From the human T2T-CHM13v2.0 reference genome, Homo sapiens, in NCBI RefSeq assembly GCF_009914755.1, contig NC_060938.1: DNA of 64,000 nucleotides; one strand, given 5' to 3'. Both the position numbers and the translations under genes were made by a program. This document shows, piece after piece, positions 1 through 17,550 of this stretch; the first letter of the stretch is position 1, and the number at the start of each line of letters is the position of its first letter. The notes beneath the pieces were generated by a model. That model worked only from the letters and a program-made list of their open reading frames with translations. It searched no databases and had not been told where the DNA came from.

Positions 1-37
1 GCAAGCCAACAAATCCCTAATAGGAAGAAAAGCCTAA

Positions 38-146
38 TGAAGACAGGGACTTTTTTGTCTTGTTCTTGTCAGAAGCCCCAGAATCAGAACTGTGCCTGAC
101 ACAGAGCAGAACCAAACTAAATACTCATTGAATTAATGAATGAATA
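38..146 (+). mobile_element. L2 3' end
   Basis: gacagggactt...tgtgcctgacacaga...tgaattaatgaatgaat, the typical L2 terminus. Confidence 0.6.
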
Positions 147-1129
147 TATTGCAGCTTCCTTTAAAATCACAACTCTGTCTTCTGCAGGTAAATGTGGCAC
201 ATGGCAGCTGTTGGACGCAGGCGGCCTACCACAAAAGTGTCACTGTGCACACCTAGGACCATGGATTCAGAAAACATCAGCACCTGATTCCCATCTGCCG
301 TCTTCCATTTTAGGGCCCTTAAAAGTTAAGAAAGGAAACTGGCTTCATTTTTCACCTTTGCAGAGAAAATCTATGTAACTTTCATTGCTATATACTCATT
401 CATTCATTTTCATTTTTACCAGTCAACTCTACCCATTTATTGGGATGGGGCCAAAACAAAGTCAATTATCCCAGCATTAAAGGAACCAAAATACTCAGGT
501 CTCTTTATGTTTAATCACACAGCTGCTCCACAGGTCACAAGATTGTGAACAAGTTGGAGGTTCTGACCACCCCACCCCTTTGGTTCTTAGAAACTAGAAC
601 TGACCTGGACTCAGAAATGTCAGAATTGAATGACCATTGGCCCTGCTGTTCCTGGCTCCAGGGGACTCATCCACCCAGATCCAAAGCATCCAAGAGGGAC
701 TCCAGAAGTGGAGGCCCAGGCCTGAGGCCAGAGCCCCCTGCACCCCCTCTCCCACCATGGCCATCTCTGGGCCTTAGGTTTCCTTCGTTCCCCAGTGGCT
801 GCTTTACGGTGCTTCCAACCTAATCAAACACAGGTAAGTAAGAGTGAGCTGGCCCCCACCAGCACCCTCCAAAGGTCTACGTGGCAAGAGTGCAAAAGTG
901 TCCACACTTGTCCAGGTCCTACACCCTCCCTGAGACAGCAGTCACTGTGCTTGGTGGTCAGCGGTACCAGAGAAGCCCCAGGCCACTCTGCTTGGAGCTT
1001 TAGACCCATTCTTCTGGGAGAATTCATTTTAGCAACTAGTTTGAATCTCCAGAAGAAGGGGCTGTTTTTGTTCCATTCTTTCTCTGCTGGATTGGAGACA
1101 CTCTGCAGTGCAAAGGAAGAGCACGTGAG

Positions 1130-1235
1130 TCCTGGGAAGCATCCTAACACCTTTCTGAGCCTATTGCCTCACCTGTAAGATAAGGGCATTGATAACATTA
1201 ATACCTACCTCCTGGGGCTGTTATGGGGATTTGCT
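1130..1235 (+). mobile_element. MIR fragment
   Basis: ctttctgagcct..cctcacctgtaagataaggg...atacctacctcctggggctgttatggggatt, MIR core. Confidence 0.6.
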
Positions 1236-2185
1236 TATATTCAAGAGAAAGCTCTCTATATCCACAAAGATGACAAATGTCAGTTGTTAATTGTCATGAG
1301 TTAGCTGACCTAGTCTTGGACTCCACACTCATGCAACATGACAGACCCCCTGCCCCATCCACCATGCTGCCACTTGGTTCTTTAGCCATGAAGGTGGAAA
1401 CAGGCTTCTTTTTGATGTCTGCTTTGAATCCACCTCATCACAACAAGCAAATGGTCGCAAGAGCTCTCTTGGAGCTCCCTGGCCCCTTCCTTGCCCTCCT
1501 CAACAGGCTGACAGGCACCAGGGTTCCTTTATAGGAAAAACACGTTCAGCCCTGGAGTTCCACTTACAGAGGGAAGAGCAGGGCCCCATGAGACTTATGT
1601 TGTTTATCTCAGAACAGGAGGCAGATAACTCAAAGCATGTGTGTGTGTGCATATGTGTGCGTGCATGTGCATGTGTGGTAGATGGAGGTGGGGAAGGAGG
1701 ATGGAGTCACAGCTGCTGTCAGGGAAATTAACCTTGGGGAGTGAGCCTAGGGCTGGGGAGGGGACATGAAGGAGGGGAAACAAGTGGCCAAAGACAAGAG
1801 GGGAAACCAGTCCTCCCTGGTAACCAAGGCCACTGCCACCCCTCACTTCACATACCCCACTGAGCAAACTACTTTTCTGTTACTTTGAGCTGCAACTCGA
1901 GCTACAACATTCCTGCCCATGTGTAAGCACAAATGTGATGCACAAAGACACACACACACAATCAAAAACTCACACACTTGCTGGGAGAACTGGCTCCATG
2001 GAAATACCTGGCATTGAAAGGCTTGATGCCTTTATGGTTAGCAGACTCCAGACAAATACAGCTGGTTATGCACATTGCACAAGTTCAGCAGGTGGATCCT
2101 GAGGGTTCTGGGCATCTCTCACAGACAAAGCATGAGCTATTCAGAATTTAGAAGATGAAATGGGAGAGAAAAGAGAGGGAAGAGT

Positions 2186-2462
2186 GGCCGGGTACAGTGG
2201 CTGACGTCTGTAATCCCAGTACTTTGGGAAGCCAAGGCCAGCAGATCACTGAAGCCCAGGAGTTCAAGACCAGCCTGGCCAACATGGTGAAACCTCATCT
2301 CTATCAAAAATACAAAAATTAGCCAGTATGGTGGCGCATGCCTGTAATCTCAGCTATTCGGGAGGCTGAGGCAGGAGAATTGCTTGAACCCAGGAGGTGG
2401 AGGTTATAGGAGCTGAGGTCATGCCACTGCACTCCAGCCTATATGACAGAGCAAGATTCTGT
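2186..2462 (+). mobile_element. Alu (S-like), full-length
   Basis: ggccgggtacagtggctgacgtctgtaatccc... two-arm Alu. Confidence 0.95.
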
Positions 2463-2542
2463 GAAAGAAAGAAAGACAGAAAGAAAGAAAGAAAGAAAGA
2501 AAGAAAGGAAGGAAAGAAGGAAAGAAAGAAAGAAAAGAAAAA

Positions 2543-2590
<48 letters not shown>

Positions 2591-2790
2591 AGAGAAGAGA
2601 AGAGAAAGGGAGAGGGAAAGAGGGGGAGAGAGGGAAAGAGGGGGAGAAGGGGAGAGAGGGAGAGAGGAGAGAAGAGGGGAAGAAGGGGAGAGAGGGAGAG
2701 AGGGACAGAGGGGGAGAAAGGGGGAGAGGAAGGAAGGAAGGAAGGAAGGGAGGAAGGGAGAGAGGGAGGGAGGGAGGGAGGGGAGAAGAA
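2463..2790 (+). repeat. Compound polypurine microsatellite (GAAA)n/(GA)n/(GGAA)n derived from the Alu tail
   Basis: About 330 bp that is almost purely A/G. Confidence 0.95.
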
Positions 2791-3269
2791 TGATATGGGA
2801 TAGGAACAGCAATTGAAATGGGGAAGAAAAAAACTGAAGTAGTTTCATCTTTCCCCATCCAGAGCTGAACTGTGGCAGTTCAAGCCCCCCAGGGAAAGGC
2901 TCTCTCTCTGCAGGATCTCAGAGAGGTGGACCCACAGCTGCCCCTGAAACTTCCTTTCAATGGAGAATTTATTATGTCACAGGACACAGTGTCCCACTGT
3001 CGGCCAACTCTTACTGTGATAAAGAGATTCACCATGACCTTATTTTGAATCAAAATCTATCTCCCTATAAGTTATACCAATTTGTCCACCCTCTGTTCCA
3101 ACAGCAAACAGCTACATCCCAATCCTGCATCCCATATATCTGCTTGGGTTTGAAGGGCAGCTAACCAAGAAGCCGAGGAACTAAAGAGGAATAAGAGTTG
3201 TAGGAAAGAGTTAGTGACTACCCCTGCTCAGAACCGGGTAACAGGATCAAAGTTTCCAAATAGAAAATG

Positions 3270-3507
3270 ACAATACAACAATTTAAAATACAATTTAAAA
3301 AAATACAATATAATACCTATTTACATAGCATTTACATTGTATTAGGTATTATAAGCAATCTAGAAATGATTTAAGGAATATGGGAGAATGTGTGTAGGTT
3401 ATATGCAAATACTATGCCATTTTATATAAGGGACTTGAGTACCCACAGATTTTGGTATCTTCTGGGGTCCTAGAACCAATTCCCAGTGGATACTAAAGGA
3501 TGGCTGT
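3270..3507 (+). mobile_element. MER2 (TcMar-Tigger) DNA transposon, 3' part
   Basis: atttacatagcatttacattgtattaggtattataag...ggtcctagaaccaattcccagtggatactaaaggatggctg. Confidence 0.8.
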
Positions 3508-5045
3508 TATGTATATAACATACTATCATTTATTTAACAAATGGGGATACACACATATTCAGACAAATATATGTGTGTGGTGTGTTTGCATGTTTTTTTT
3601 TATGGGGGTATAAGCCAAAAGCTAAAAAAAATTACCTAGAGAGAGAGCAAAAATAAAATAATAGTAGCAAGAAAAAGAGAAGGACGAAGAGGAAATTGCC
3701 TATACGAAAAAGAAACAGGGTAAAAGTGAAGATACAGTTAGACTTTCTCATAATATACCATTGGAACAATGCAAATATTTTACACAATTATAAAGTAAAA
3801 TTAAATTAAAATAAAAAGCATACATCCGTTTCTGACTAAAATGGAGTATAAAGACCAGATTTAGCTCCCACCTAAAACCAAAAGAGAGGAAGAAAAAAAT
3901 CAACAACAGTTTTGAAGACAATGAACATCAGGCATTGAAGGACAGTGATCCCTGAGACACTGAAAACAAGCAAGATAAGCCCTGTGATTGCCCCAGCTTA
4001 CAGCCTTAAGAGAGTCTCCAGACTGGAACACAAGGAGGAGGAATACAGGTGGAGACCTGCAGATTCCCCACGTTTGAGTTGAAGAGAAAATGCCAAGAGT
4101 CTGAGGAGACCACAGTGACTAGAACCCAAGGAACTGAAGGGTAAACAAAAGAGAGCTGCACAGAGAATGTGGAGATCCAGAGGGTCCCTTTCAAGTATTC
4201 AGCTTAGCGTTGATCCATTTATGCCTGTGAGGAAACTAGATAGGACTGGGAAAAGAACTACCCAAAAAGATTAGAGGTAACAGCGCTCGGTGTGCACAAG
4301 GGGGCGGAAATAGTCTGTTTCCACCAGCCAATATGGAAAACTGTATGATTCCCGGGGTACTGGGTAGAGTACAGTAGAAAGATCTTGCCTCACTAATAGG
4401 GAATACTTAGCCCTAGACTAAGTACTGCTCTGGCTCCACCTAACAAATCTTAAAAGCAAGACAAGAAAACATCAAACTGTTTTCAAATAACTTAAATATG
4501 TCCCAAAACAATGTTCAAGAACATTTATAGGAATAAAATATATCTACAGCATTCAGCAAGGTAAAATTCACAATGTGAGGCACCCAACCCAAAATTACAA
4601 GGCATGTAAAGAAGCTGGAAAATATGACTTATAATAAGGAGAAAAATCAATCAATTGAAACCAACCCAGAACTGAAACTGATATTAGAATTAGTAGCAAG
4701 AACATTAAAACATTATTTGTATGCTCTGTGTTCAAGTTTAGTAAAAATTTGGGAGATACATATGTATTTTTAAGACTCAAATTTAACTTCTAGAAATGAA
4801 AACTATAATGTGCAAGATGAAAATCATATCAGAGGGAGTTAATGTCAGATTAGATATTGCAGAAGAAAAGACAGATAAACTTGAAAACACAGCAATAGAA
4901 ACTATTCCAAAATGAAACCCACAGGAAAAAACAGAAAAGAAAAAAAAATAATGGCATAAATGAGCTGTGGGGCAACTTCAAACAGCCTAATATATGTGTA
5001 ATTGAAGAAAGGGAAGAAAAAATATTTGTAGAAATAATGGCTGGA

Positions 5046-5277
5046 GGCTGGGTGCAGCGGCTCATGCCTTTAATCCCAACACTTTGGGAGGCCAAGGTGG
5101 AAGAATGCCATAAGCCTGGGAGTTTGAGAGCAGCCTGGGCAACATAGTAAGATCCTGTCTCCACAAAAGAGAGAGAGAGAGAGAGAGATGAAAGAGAGAC
5201 AGAGAGAGACAGAGAAAGGGAGGAAGGGAGAGAGGGAAGAAAGGGAAGGAAGGAAGGAAGAAAGAAAGAATTTAAAA
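5046..5277 (+). mobile_element. FLAM/Alu monomer with GA-rich tail
   Basis: Single Alu arm with 16-bp TSD agaaataatggctgga (5030-5045) / agaaataagggctgga (5278-5293). Confidence 0.85.
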
Positions 5278-5847
5278 AGAAATAAGGGCTGGAAATTTCT
5301 GAAATTTGATGAAAACTATAAACCCATAGGTCTAAGAAGCTCAATAAAGCTAGGTACAATAAACATTAAGAAAACTACAGCAAAGTATGTCATAATCAAA
5401 ACTGCTCAAAAATAGTGATAAAGAGAAAATATTAAAAGCAACCAGAGAAAGGAAACATGTTAACATATACAGGAACATTCTTATCTTTGCAATGCAAGCA
5501 AGAAAAGAGTGGTTCAACATCCCTACAATACTGAAAGGGAAAAAAAAACTTGTCAAACTAGAATTCTATACCCAGCTAAAATATCTTTCAAGAACTAAGG
5601 CAAACTAAAGATAGTTTCAGACATACAAAAGCTGAAATAATTCATCATCAACAAACCCACACTCTAAGAAATGTTAAAAAGAAGTACTTTAGGCAGAAGG
5701 AAAGTAATACCAGACCTAAATTTGGATCTACACAAAGGAATGAACAGCATCAGAAATGGTCTAGTACATGAATAATTATACGAGATGTTTTTCTTATTAT
5801 TTTAAACTCATTAAAAGATGATCAACTATTTTTAAAAATACAATGAT

Positions 5848-6013
5848 GGCCGGGCGCGGTGGCTCATACCTGTAATCCCAACAATTTGGGAGGCCAAGGC
5901 AGGCACATCACCTGAGGTCGGGAGTTCGAGAACCGCCTGACCGACATGGAGAAACCCCATCTCGACTAAAAATACAAAAATTAGCCAGGCATGGTGGCGC
6001 ATGCCTGTAATCC
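5848..6013 (+). mobile_element. Truncated Alu (Sp/Sq-like left arm)
   Basis: ggccgggcgcggtggctc...gcatgcctgtaatcc, followed by an abrupt switch to LTR sequence. Confidence 0.9.
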
Positions 6014-6237
6014 ATCAACACATCTACTCTGACTCTGAACTCCTCCTGCCTTCCTTTTAGAAGAACCCTTGTGATTACATTAGGCCCACCTGGATAATCC
6101 AAGATTATCGCACCATCTCAAAATCCTTAATCCTGTCTTCGAAGTCCCTTTTGCCATGTAAGGTAACATACGCACAGATTTCAGTAATTAAAATGTGGAT
6201 GTCTGAGGTGAGGAGGGGCCTTATTCTATTAATCACA
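6014..6237 (-). mobile_element. MLT1 (MaLR LTR) 5' half
   Basis: cccttgtgattacattaggcccacctggataatccaag...gtcccttttgccatgtaaggtaacata. Confidence 0.8.
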
Positions 6238-9200
6238 GTACTATTGTAGACTCCTTATACTATTCATGAAATAGAATAATATAATTTGAAAGTTAACTAT
6301 AATTAAAGATGTACACTATAAACACTAAGCAATCACTAAAATAACAACAAAACAAGAGTTATAGTTAATAAACCAACAAAAAAGAGAGAAAACATAATCA
6401 CATTAAATGTAAATTGCCTAAATACCCCTACTTAAAAAAGATTGTCAGATTACATGTAAAAAGCATAACACAACTATATGCTGCCTATTAAAAAACTACT
6501 TTTAATATAAAGATGCAAATAGGCAAGAAGTAAAAGAATGGAAAAAGATATTTCATGTTAATATTAATCAAAAGAGAGCTGGAGTGGCTATATTGGAATT
6601 AGACAAAGGAGATTTCAGATAAAATAATATTAATAGAGATTAAGAGGATTATTTTATAATGATAAAGGAATCAATTTATTGAGGATATAACAATACTAAA
6701 TGTTTATACACCTAATAACAAAGCTTCAATATACATGAAACAAAAAGTAATAGAATTGTAAGGAGAAATAAGCAAACCCACAATTATAGTCATAAGTTTC
6801 AATACCCTACCTCTCAATGATTCATAGAATAAATAGAAAATAAGGATGTAGAAGATTTAAAAAACATTATCAACCAATTTGACCTAATTGATATTTATAG
6901 AACATTCCAAACAACAACAGCAAAACACAATTCTTTTCCTGAGCAAACAGAATATTTACCAAGGTAGACCACATTTGGTGCCATAAAACAAGTTGCAATA
7001 AATTTAAAAGAATTTGAACCATAAAAATTATTCTCTGACCATTTGGAATTAACATGGAAATAAATAATGGGCACAACTTTGGAAACGTCCCAAGTGTTTG
7101 GAAACTAAACAATACAGTTCTAAATAATCCATGAGTAAAAGAAGAAACCAAACAGAAAAATATTTTGAACTGAATGAAACTAAAAACCCTATATCAAATT
7201 TTTTAAATGAGGCTTACATAGTATTTATGGGGAAATTATATCAGAAAATGATGTAGTAGAAAAGAAATATCTTAAATCAATGACCTGTTTACACCTTAAG
7301 AAATAGATAAACCTACTATGTACCATAAAAATTAAAAAATTAAAAGAAATAAGAAACAGAAGAGCAAATTAAATCCAAAGTAAATAGAAGGAAATATAAA
7401 GATCAGAGCAGAAAAAACAATTCTACCAAAAGCTATTTATTTGAAAAGATCAATAAAATTGATAAACCTCTAGTCAGAATGATGAGGTAAAAAATAACAT
7501 TCAAATTAACAATATAATGAGTAAAATAATATGCCACCACAGATTCTACATATATTAAAAGAGTAATGCAGCAATATTATGAACAACTTTGTGCAACCAA
7601 TTAGGAGAATGTAGATAAAAGAAACAAAATCACATACTAACAAAGCTTACTCAAGATGAAATAGATAACCTAAATAGCCCTATATCTATAAAATAAATTA
7701 AATTTATAATTAAAAACATTACCTCAAGGAAACTGCCAGATCCAAATGGATTCACTGGTAAATGTTATAAAATATTTATGGAAGAAATAATACCAATTCT
7801 ATATAAAGTTTCAGAAAAGTAAAAATGAAGAAATACTTCCCAACTCATTATATGAGACCAGCATCACCCTGACACCCAAACCAGACAGACATTACAAGAA
7901 AACTATAGACTAATATCTCTCATAAACATAGATGCAAAAACTCTAATAAAACTTGAGCAACATGAATCTAACAATACATTAAAAAGATAAAATAGCATAA
8001 CAAAGTGGGGTTTATCCTAGGAATGTAATGTTGGTTTAACATTCAGAAATCAATCAATGTAACTCATTATGTTAAATGTAAACTTAAGATATTAAATTTA
8101 ATCAACCATTCCTACATAATGAAGCTTCCATGAACAAAAGAAAAACCACATGATCATCTCAATAGACACAGAAAATCAGATGACAAAATCAAATATCCAT
8201 TTGTGATTTTAAAAAAAAAACTCTCAAACTAGAAATAGAAGGGAGCATCCTCAATCTGATAAAGAATATCTACAAAAAATTCTACAGCTAATGTCATACT
8301 TAATAACAAAAAAATAAATAAATGCTTTCTCTTTAAGATCAGGAACAACATAAGGGTGTCCAGTCTCACCACTTTTACCTAATATTATGTTGGAGAGTCT
8401 AGCCAGTGCAAGAGACAAATAAAATAAATAAAAGTTATTCATATTAAAAGAAAGAAGTAAGTTTTCTTTATTTACTATTCAGGTTATCTACTAGCAAACT
8501 AACAGATAATCAACTATATAGAAAATGCTACAGAATCTATAGAAAGCTATTAGAACTAATGAGTTTAGCAAGGTTGCAGGATATAGGAAGAATATACTAA
8601 ATTAATTGTTTTTCTATATATTAGCAAACATCAGAAATTAAAATGTATAAAAATTTATTTATAATAGTATCAAAAAGTATTAAGTGCTTAGAGACAAATC
8701 TGACAAAAATGTTAAAGATCTATACACTAAAAATTAAAAATCATTGATGAGAAAAATTAAAGAAGATATTAATAAATTGAAAGATATGCCATATTCATGG
8801 GTTGCAAGACTCAATACTGAAAATTGTCAATTTTCCCCAAATGGATCTATAGATGCAAGACAATCCCAACCAAACTCCTAGCCAGTTTTTTGTAGAAATT
8901 GACAGACTGATTATAAAATCCATATAGAAGTGCAAAAGACCTAGAATAATCAAAATAACTAAGAAAATCAAGAACAAATTTAGAGGGCTAACACCACCTG
9001 ATTTCAAACATTATAAAACTATAATAATCAAGACAGTGTGGTAAGAGTATAAAGATAGACAAATAGGTCAATAAAACAGAACTGAGAGTCCAGAAATAAA
9101 CACACATATATGTGGACATCTAATTTTTGACAAGCCAATTAAGTGGAGAAAGACGAGTCTTTTCAGCAAACTATGTTGAAACAATTGAATATCCATCTGC

Positions 9201-9613
9201 AAGAAAATAAACTAATGCATACTTTGTACCATATACAAAATTAACTCAAAATGAATCATAGACCTAAATGTGAAACCTAAAATTATAAAATTTTAGGAAA
9301 AAAAAATAAGAGAAACCCTGACCTTGCATTAGGTAGTAATTTCTCAGACATAACATCAAAAGCACAATTCATGAAAGAATAAATTGATAAACTGGATTTC
9401 ACCAAAATTGAAAACTTCTGCTCTTTGAATGAGACTGCTAAGTTAATGAAAATACAAACCACAGATTGTAAAAAAAAATTTGCAAAGCATAGGTCTGATA
9501 AACTTATTGTATCTAGAATATATAAAGAACAATCAAAATTCAATAATAAGCAAATAGCTCAATTTTAAAATGGACAAAAGATTTGAACTTTACCAAAGAA
9601 CATATATGGATGG

Positions 9614-10781
<1,168 letters not shown>

Positions 10782-11325
10782 GATGGCAAATAAGCACATG
10801 TGAAGATGCTCAAAATCATTATTAACTAGGGGAATGCAAGTTGAAACTGCAATGAAATACTACTATATATCTATTAGAATGGCTAAAAAAATTTTCAAAC
10901 TGACCACACCAAGTGTTGGCAAGGATACAAAGGAAGTGGAACTCTCATATATTGCTGGAGTCAATGTAAAATGGTACAACCACTTTGGAAAAGAGCTTGG
11001 CAGTTTCTTTAATAGTGAAACATCTATCTCTCTTATGATCTAGTTGTTCTACTCCTAGGTAGTTAACCTCTCAAGGAGAAAGGAAAGCATATGTCCATTC
11101 AAAAACTTGTACACAAATGTTCATAGTGGCTTGATTTATAGTAGTCAAAGACTGCAAACAAATCCAAATGTCCATCAACAGGTGAATGGATAAATTAACT
11201 GTGATACAGCCATGCAATGGACTACTACTCAGCATAAAAAGGAATTATTGATATAGTATTAATTAGTAATTATGCTAAGTGAAAGAAGCCAGACATGCCC
11301 TTGTCCCTAAAAAAGGGAGTACACA

Positions 11326-11583
11326 GGCCGGGTGCGGTGGCTCACGCCTGTAATCCCAGAACTTTGGGAGGCCGAGGCGGGTGGATCACGAGGTCAGGAG
11401 ATCGAGACCATCCTGGCTAACACGGTGAAACCCCATCTCTACTAAAAATACAAAAATAATTAGCCGGGGAGGCTGAGGCAGGAGAATGGCGTGAACCCAG
11501 GAGGCGGAGCTTGCAGTGAGCAGAGATTGCGCCACTGCACTCCAGCCTGGGCAACAAGGCGAGACTCCATCTCAAAAAAAAAC
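11326..11583 (+). mobile_element. AluY with internal deletion
   Basis: AluY diagnostics, about 30 bp missing after ttagccggg, TSD aaaagggagtacaca / aaaagggagtataca. Confidence 0.92.
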
Positions 11584-11875
11584 AAAAGGGAGTATACAGT
11601 GTGTGTTTCTGGTATAGAAAGCAAATCAATGGCTTCTCTGGGGAGGGAGTAAAGAAGGGTAGAGGCATGGAGAAGCGCAGGAAGGATAGATTTCTAAACA
11701 CATAGGAAACCTTTGCGAGTCATGGATATGTTCATTATCTTGATTGTGGTAATGGTTCCACAGGTGAATATATGTCAAAACTTATCAAGCTGGACACATT
11801 AAGTATGTGCAATTTATTGTATGTAATTATACTTCAATAAAGCTGTTAAACTTTTTTAATAACAAGGCAATCTCA

Positions 11876-14310
<2,435 letters not shown>

Positions 14311-14580
14311 ATAAAGAAGAAATTATATGAATCCCCTCCCCACTCAAAAAGCAAACCCTGATAAGTGAAAGCAAAATGAAACAAATAAATCCAACTGTGT
14401 ATTGAGTTAGTGGCACAATCACACAGAGGAACTATCTCAGTGACCTTAAAGGAGAGTAATTTGGCTGCACATGTTTAATGGAATATACCCTAAGGACAAA
14501 AAGACTTGCAAAAAAAAGAAAATATCTTAAACCTTTTTCAGTAATCTTATTGTTAATAGTCATATTGTTTGTTCTGATAC

Positions 14581-14589
14581 TGTGTGTGA

Positions 14590-14629
<40 letters not shown>
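14581..14629 (+). repeat. (TG)n microsatellite
   Basis: Direct reading. Confidence 0.95.
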
Positions 14630-14635
<6 letters not shown>

Positions 14636-15056
14636 AAGCAAATAAGTAATTACATCAATATCATTTCTAGGATTTTTTGGTGTAGGAGAAAGGAGATACA
14701 GAATTAAGATACTTAAGTAAAAACTGTTTAAATCTAAATTGAATGGGATGTATCAACATAATTTCATAATGTATTTTCTCTTAAAAAGAAAAAGAAAAAA
14801 ACAAATGAATACTATTTCTTAGTTCTAGTCACTGATAAGGCCTAGAAACAATGACCAAGCCAGGAGCAATGAACAGCACTGCGGTCTCTAAGTAACTTTT
14901 CCTACAAACAGGAGCCAGGATTTCTTCAAGAAATAGCTGATTTCAGTCCTGGAGAGGAGGAAGTGTACAGGATGAGCTTGAAATATTTCATCCTAATATT
15001 AGGATGGCAAGAAGGCCATCAGAAACTACTGGTGTTGTTTCAAAACACCAGCACTG

Positions 15057-15434
<378 letters not shown>

Positions 15435-16553
15435 TTAAAATACATCAAATATGTTTAAATCTGTGAGTTCCTGGTGGTATTCAAAAAAATAATTATTATT
15501 ATATTGATCGTCTTTGGAGAATGCTAGGGAACCAACTCATTATTTTGAAAACTGGTAAATAGAGGGGAAAAAAGTCATTTATCCTGCCTTTCATATGTGA
15601 ACTGTATCTCACAATAACTAAAATTTTAATGAGGGAATGTTTTTCTTTATAGAAGTTGTAGAGCTAACAAATGAAGATATAATGATAGTCCTGGATTGAA
15701 TATTAACTTTTTGCAACCCTTAATGGGATAAAGAATCTAGGCAATTATCATGAAGGGCTGCTAACATCAGTAAAAGAGGTAACCAGACTGTATGAGCCTC
15801 TTGATGAAAGTACACACTACCACTCAGGAGTTGTTCTTACCAAAAAAAAATGGAACCTGAATAAATCTCTAGACCTAACTACCAATTCACAGGAATAACA
15901 CCATGGGAACGCAACCAAATCCTTCTGGGAAACCCTACAGCGTAAGCAACCCAGTGTCTTCAACAAGTAACATGCAAGGAGGAAAGAGAGAGAGGCAGAG
16001 ACAGAGAGAAACCCAGAGATGTTAAAAGACACATTAACCAGTTGCAATGTAGGGTTCCCATTTGGATCCTGATTTAAACTACAGGGGGAAAAATGAATGT
16101 TGGCCAAATATTTGATGATATTAAAGTCTTATTGCTAATTATTTGAGCTCTGATAGTGATTGTGAGTTTGTTTGTTTGTTTAAGTTCTTTACCATTTAGA
16201 GATACATAACAAAATATTTACAGATGAAATCACGTGCTTTTGTGGATTTGCTTCAAAATAAAATGAGGTCAGGGAGAAAAGTAAGGAGTGCGTATAGATG
16301 AAACACGATTGACCATGAGTTGAACATTGTTGAAGCAGGGCTACATGGGGATGTGTTTTACTATTGTCTTCAGTTTTATATGAAGGTGAAATTTTTCCAA
16401 ATGTAACATTTTTAAAAACATATCCAGGCAGAGCCAGAAAAATCACATTCCTGTAGCTGTCTCCCTAATAAAAAGGTCTTTATTCTGTTCTTTGCAGCCT
16501 AGAAGACTAGTGTCACTGTAGCTGTAGTAATAACAGTAATATCAATAATAATA

Positions 16554-16856
16554 GGCCAGGTGCAGTGGCTCACGCCTGTAATCCCAGCACTATGGGAGGC
16601 CCAGGCAGGCAGATCATGAGATCAGGAGTTCGAGACCAGCCTGACCAACATGGTGAAACCCCGTCTCTACTAAAAATACAAAAACTAGCTGGGTGTGGTG
16701 GCGCACGCCTGTAATCCCAGTGACTCAGAAGGCTGAAGCATGAGAATCACTTGAACCCGGGAGGCGGTGAGTCGAGATCGCACCACTGCACTCCAGCCTG
16801 GGCAACACAGCAAGAGTCCATCTCAAAAAAAAAAAATAACAATAATAATAATAATA
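16554..16856 (+). mobile_element. Alu (S-like) with (AAT)n tail
   Basis: Two-arm Alu with a small deletion in the right arm. Confidence 0.93.
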
Positions 16857-17040
16857 CCCAGCATTTTGGAAGCACATACTTGCTATGTGCTAAACTCATT
16901 TAAGAGTTTTTATAAATTTTCTCATTTAATTCAGACGAAATCTTATGTGGTAAGTACTATTATTATTCACATTTTACAGATGAGGAACCTGAGGGACAGA
17001 AGTTTGGTGACAAAGGTAAGCCTCACACCCAGATCTAATG
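16857..17040 (-). mobile_element. MIR
   Basis: cattttacagatgaggaacctgagg core. Confidence 0.7.
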
Positions 17041-17389
17041 GCAGATTTCCGGCTTGTAACCAACACCCAAAGGTAAAAGATGAAGATTGCTGTCATGTCC
17101 TCAGTCTTGCCTTCTTTGGGATAAACACCTTTAGCTCTTTCACTCCCCACCCCACCCCACCCCTGCCACATGGCTTCAATGCCCCACACCATCCTTGTCA
17201 CATTCCTTGAAACACCTGCCAGGAGCCATAAAAGTAGCTGAGCTTCTTTAAGGTATCTCAGAGGCCCATGTGCAGCTTGCCCCACCCCGATCCTACCCAG
17301 GCTGCCTGGTTTCCCAGACAAGCTGCGGTCCTCCTCCCTCCAGGCTGGGAGCCTGCACATGCGCATGTCCCAGGAGTGGCGCAGCTCAC

Positions 17390-17550
17390 CTGGGCCTCGG
17401 TGCCTCTTCTCCATCCAGATGTAGCAGTTGTTCTGGGCCACCCCAGTCTGTGAGTCCAGGAAGGGAAGACGCACGCTGCGCTCTGCACACAGCCGTGAGT
17501 TGTAACTCCGGCAGTGCTCAATGGCTTCCTTGTAGAACTGGTCCCCGAGC
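17390..17550 (-). CDS. DPF3: DPF3 coding exon 2 (N-terminal Requiem/d4 domain of BAF45C)
   Basis: Minus strand encodes [53 protein letters not shown]. This matches DPF3 rather than DPF1 (..[16 protein letters not shown]..) or DPF2 (..YYKDAMEQCHNYNARL..). It is bounded by acceptor ctctggcag|G (AG at 17552-17551) and donor CAG|gtgagc (GT at 17389-17388), length 161 nt. Confidence 0.97.

Noticed and set aside
2354-2858. K/E/R-rich and F/S/L-rich ORFs
   Set aside because: Translations of the purine microsatellite and the Alu.
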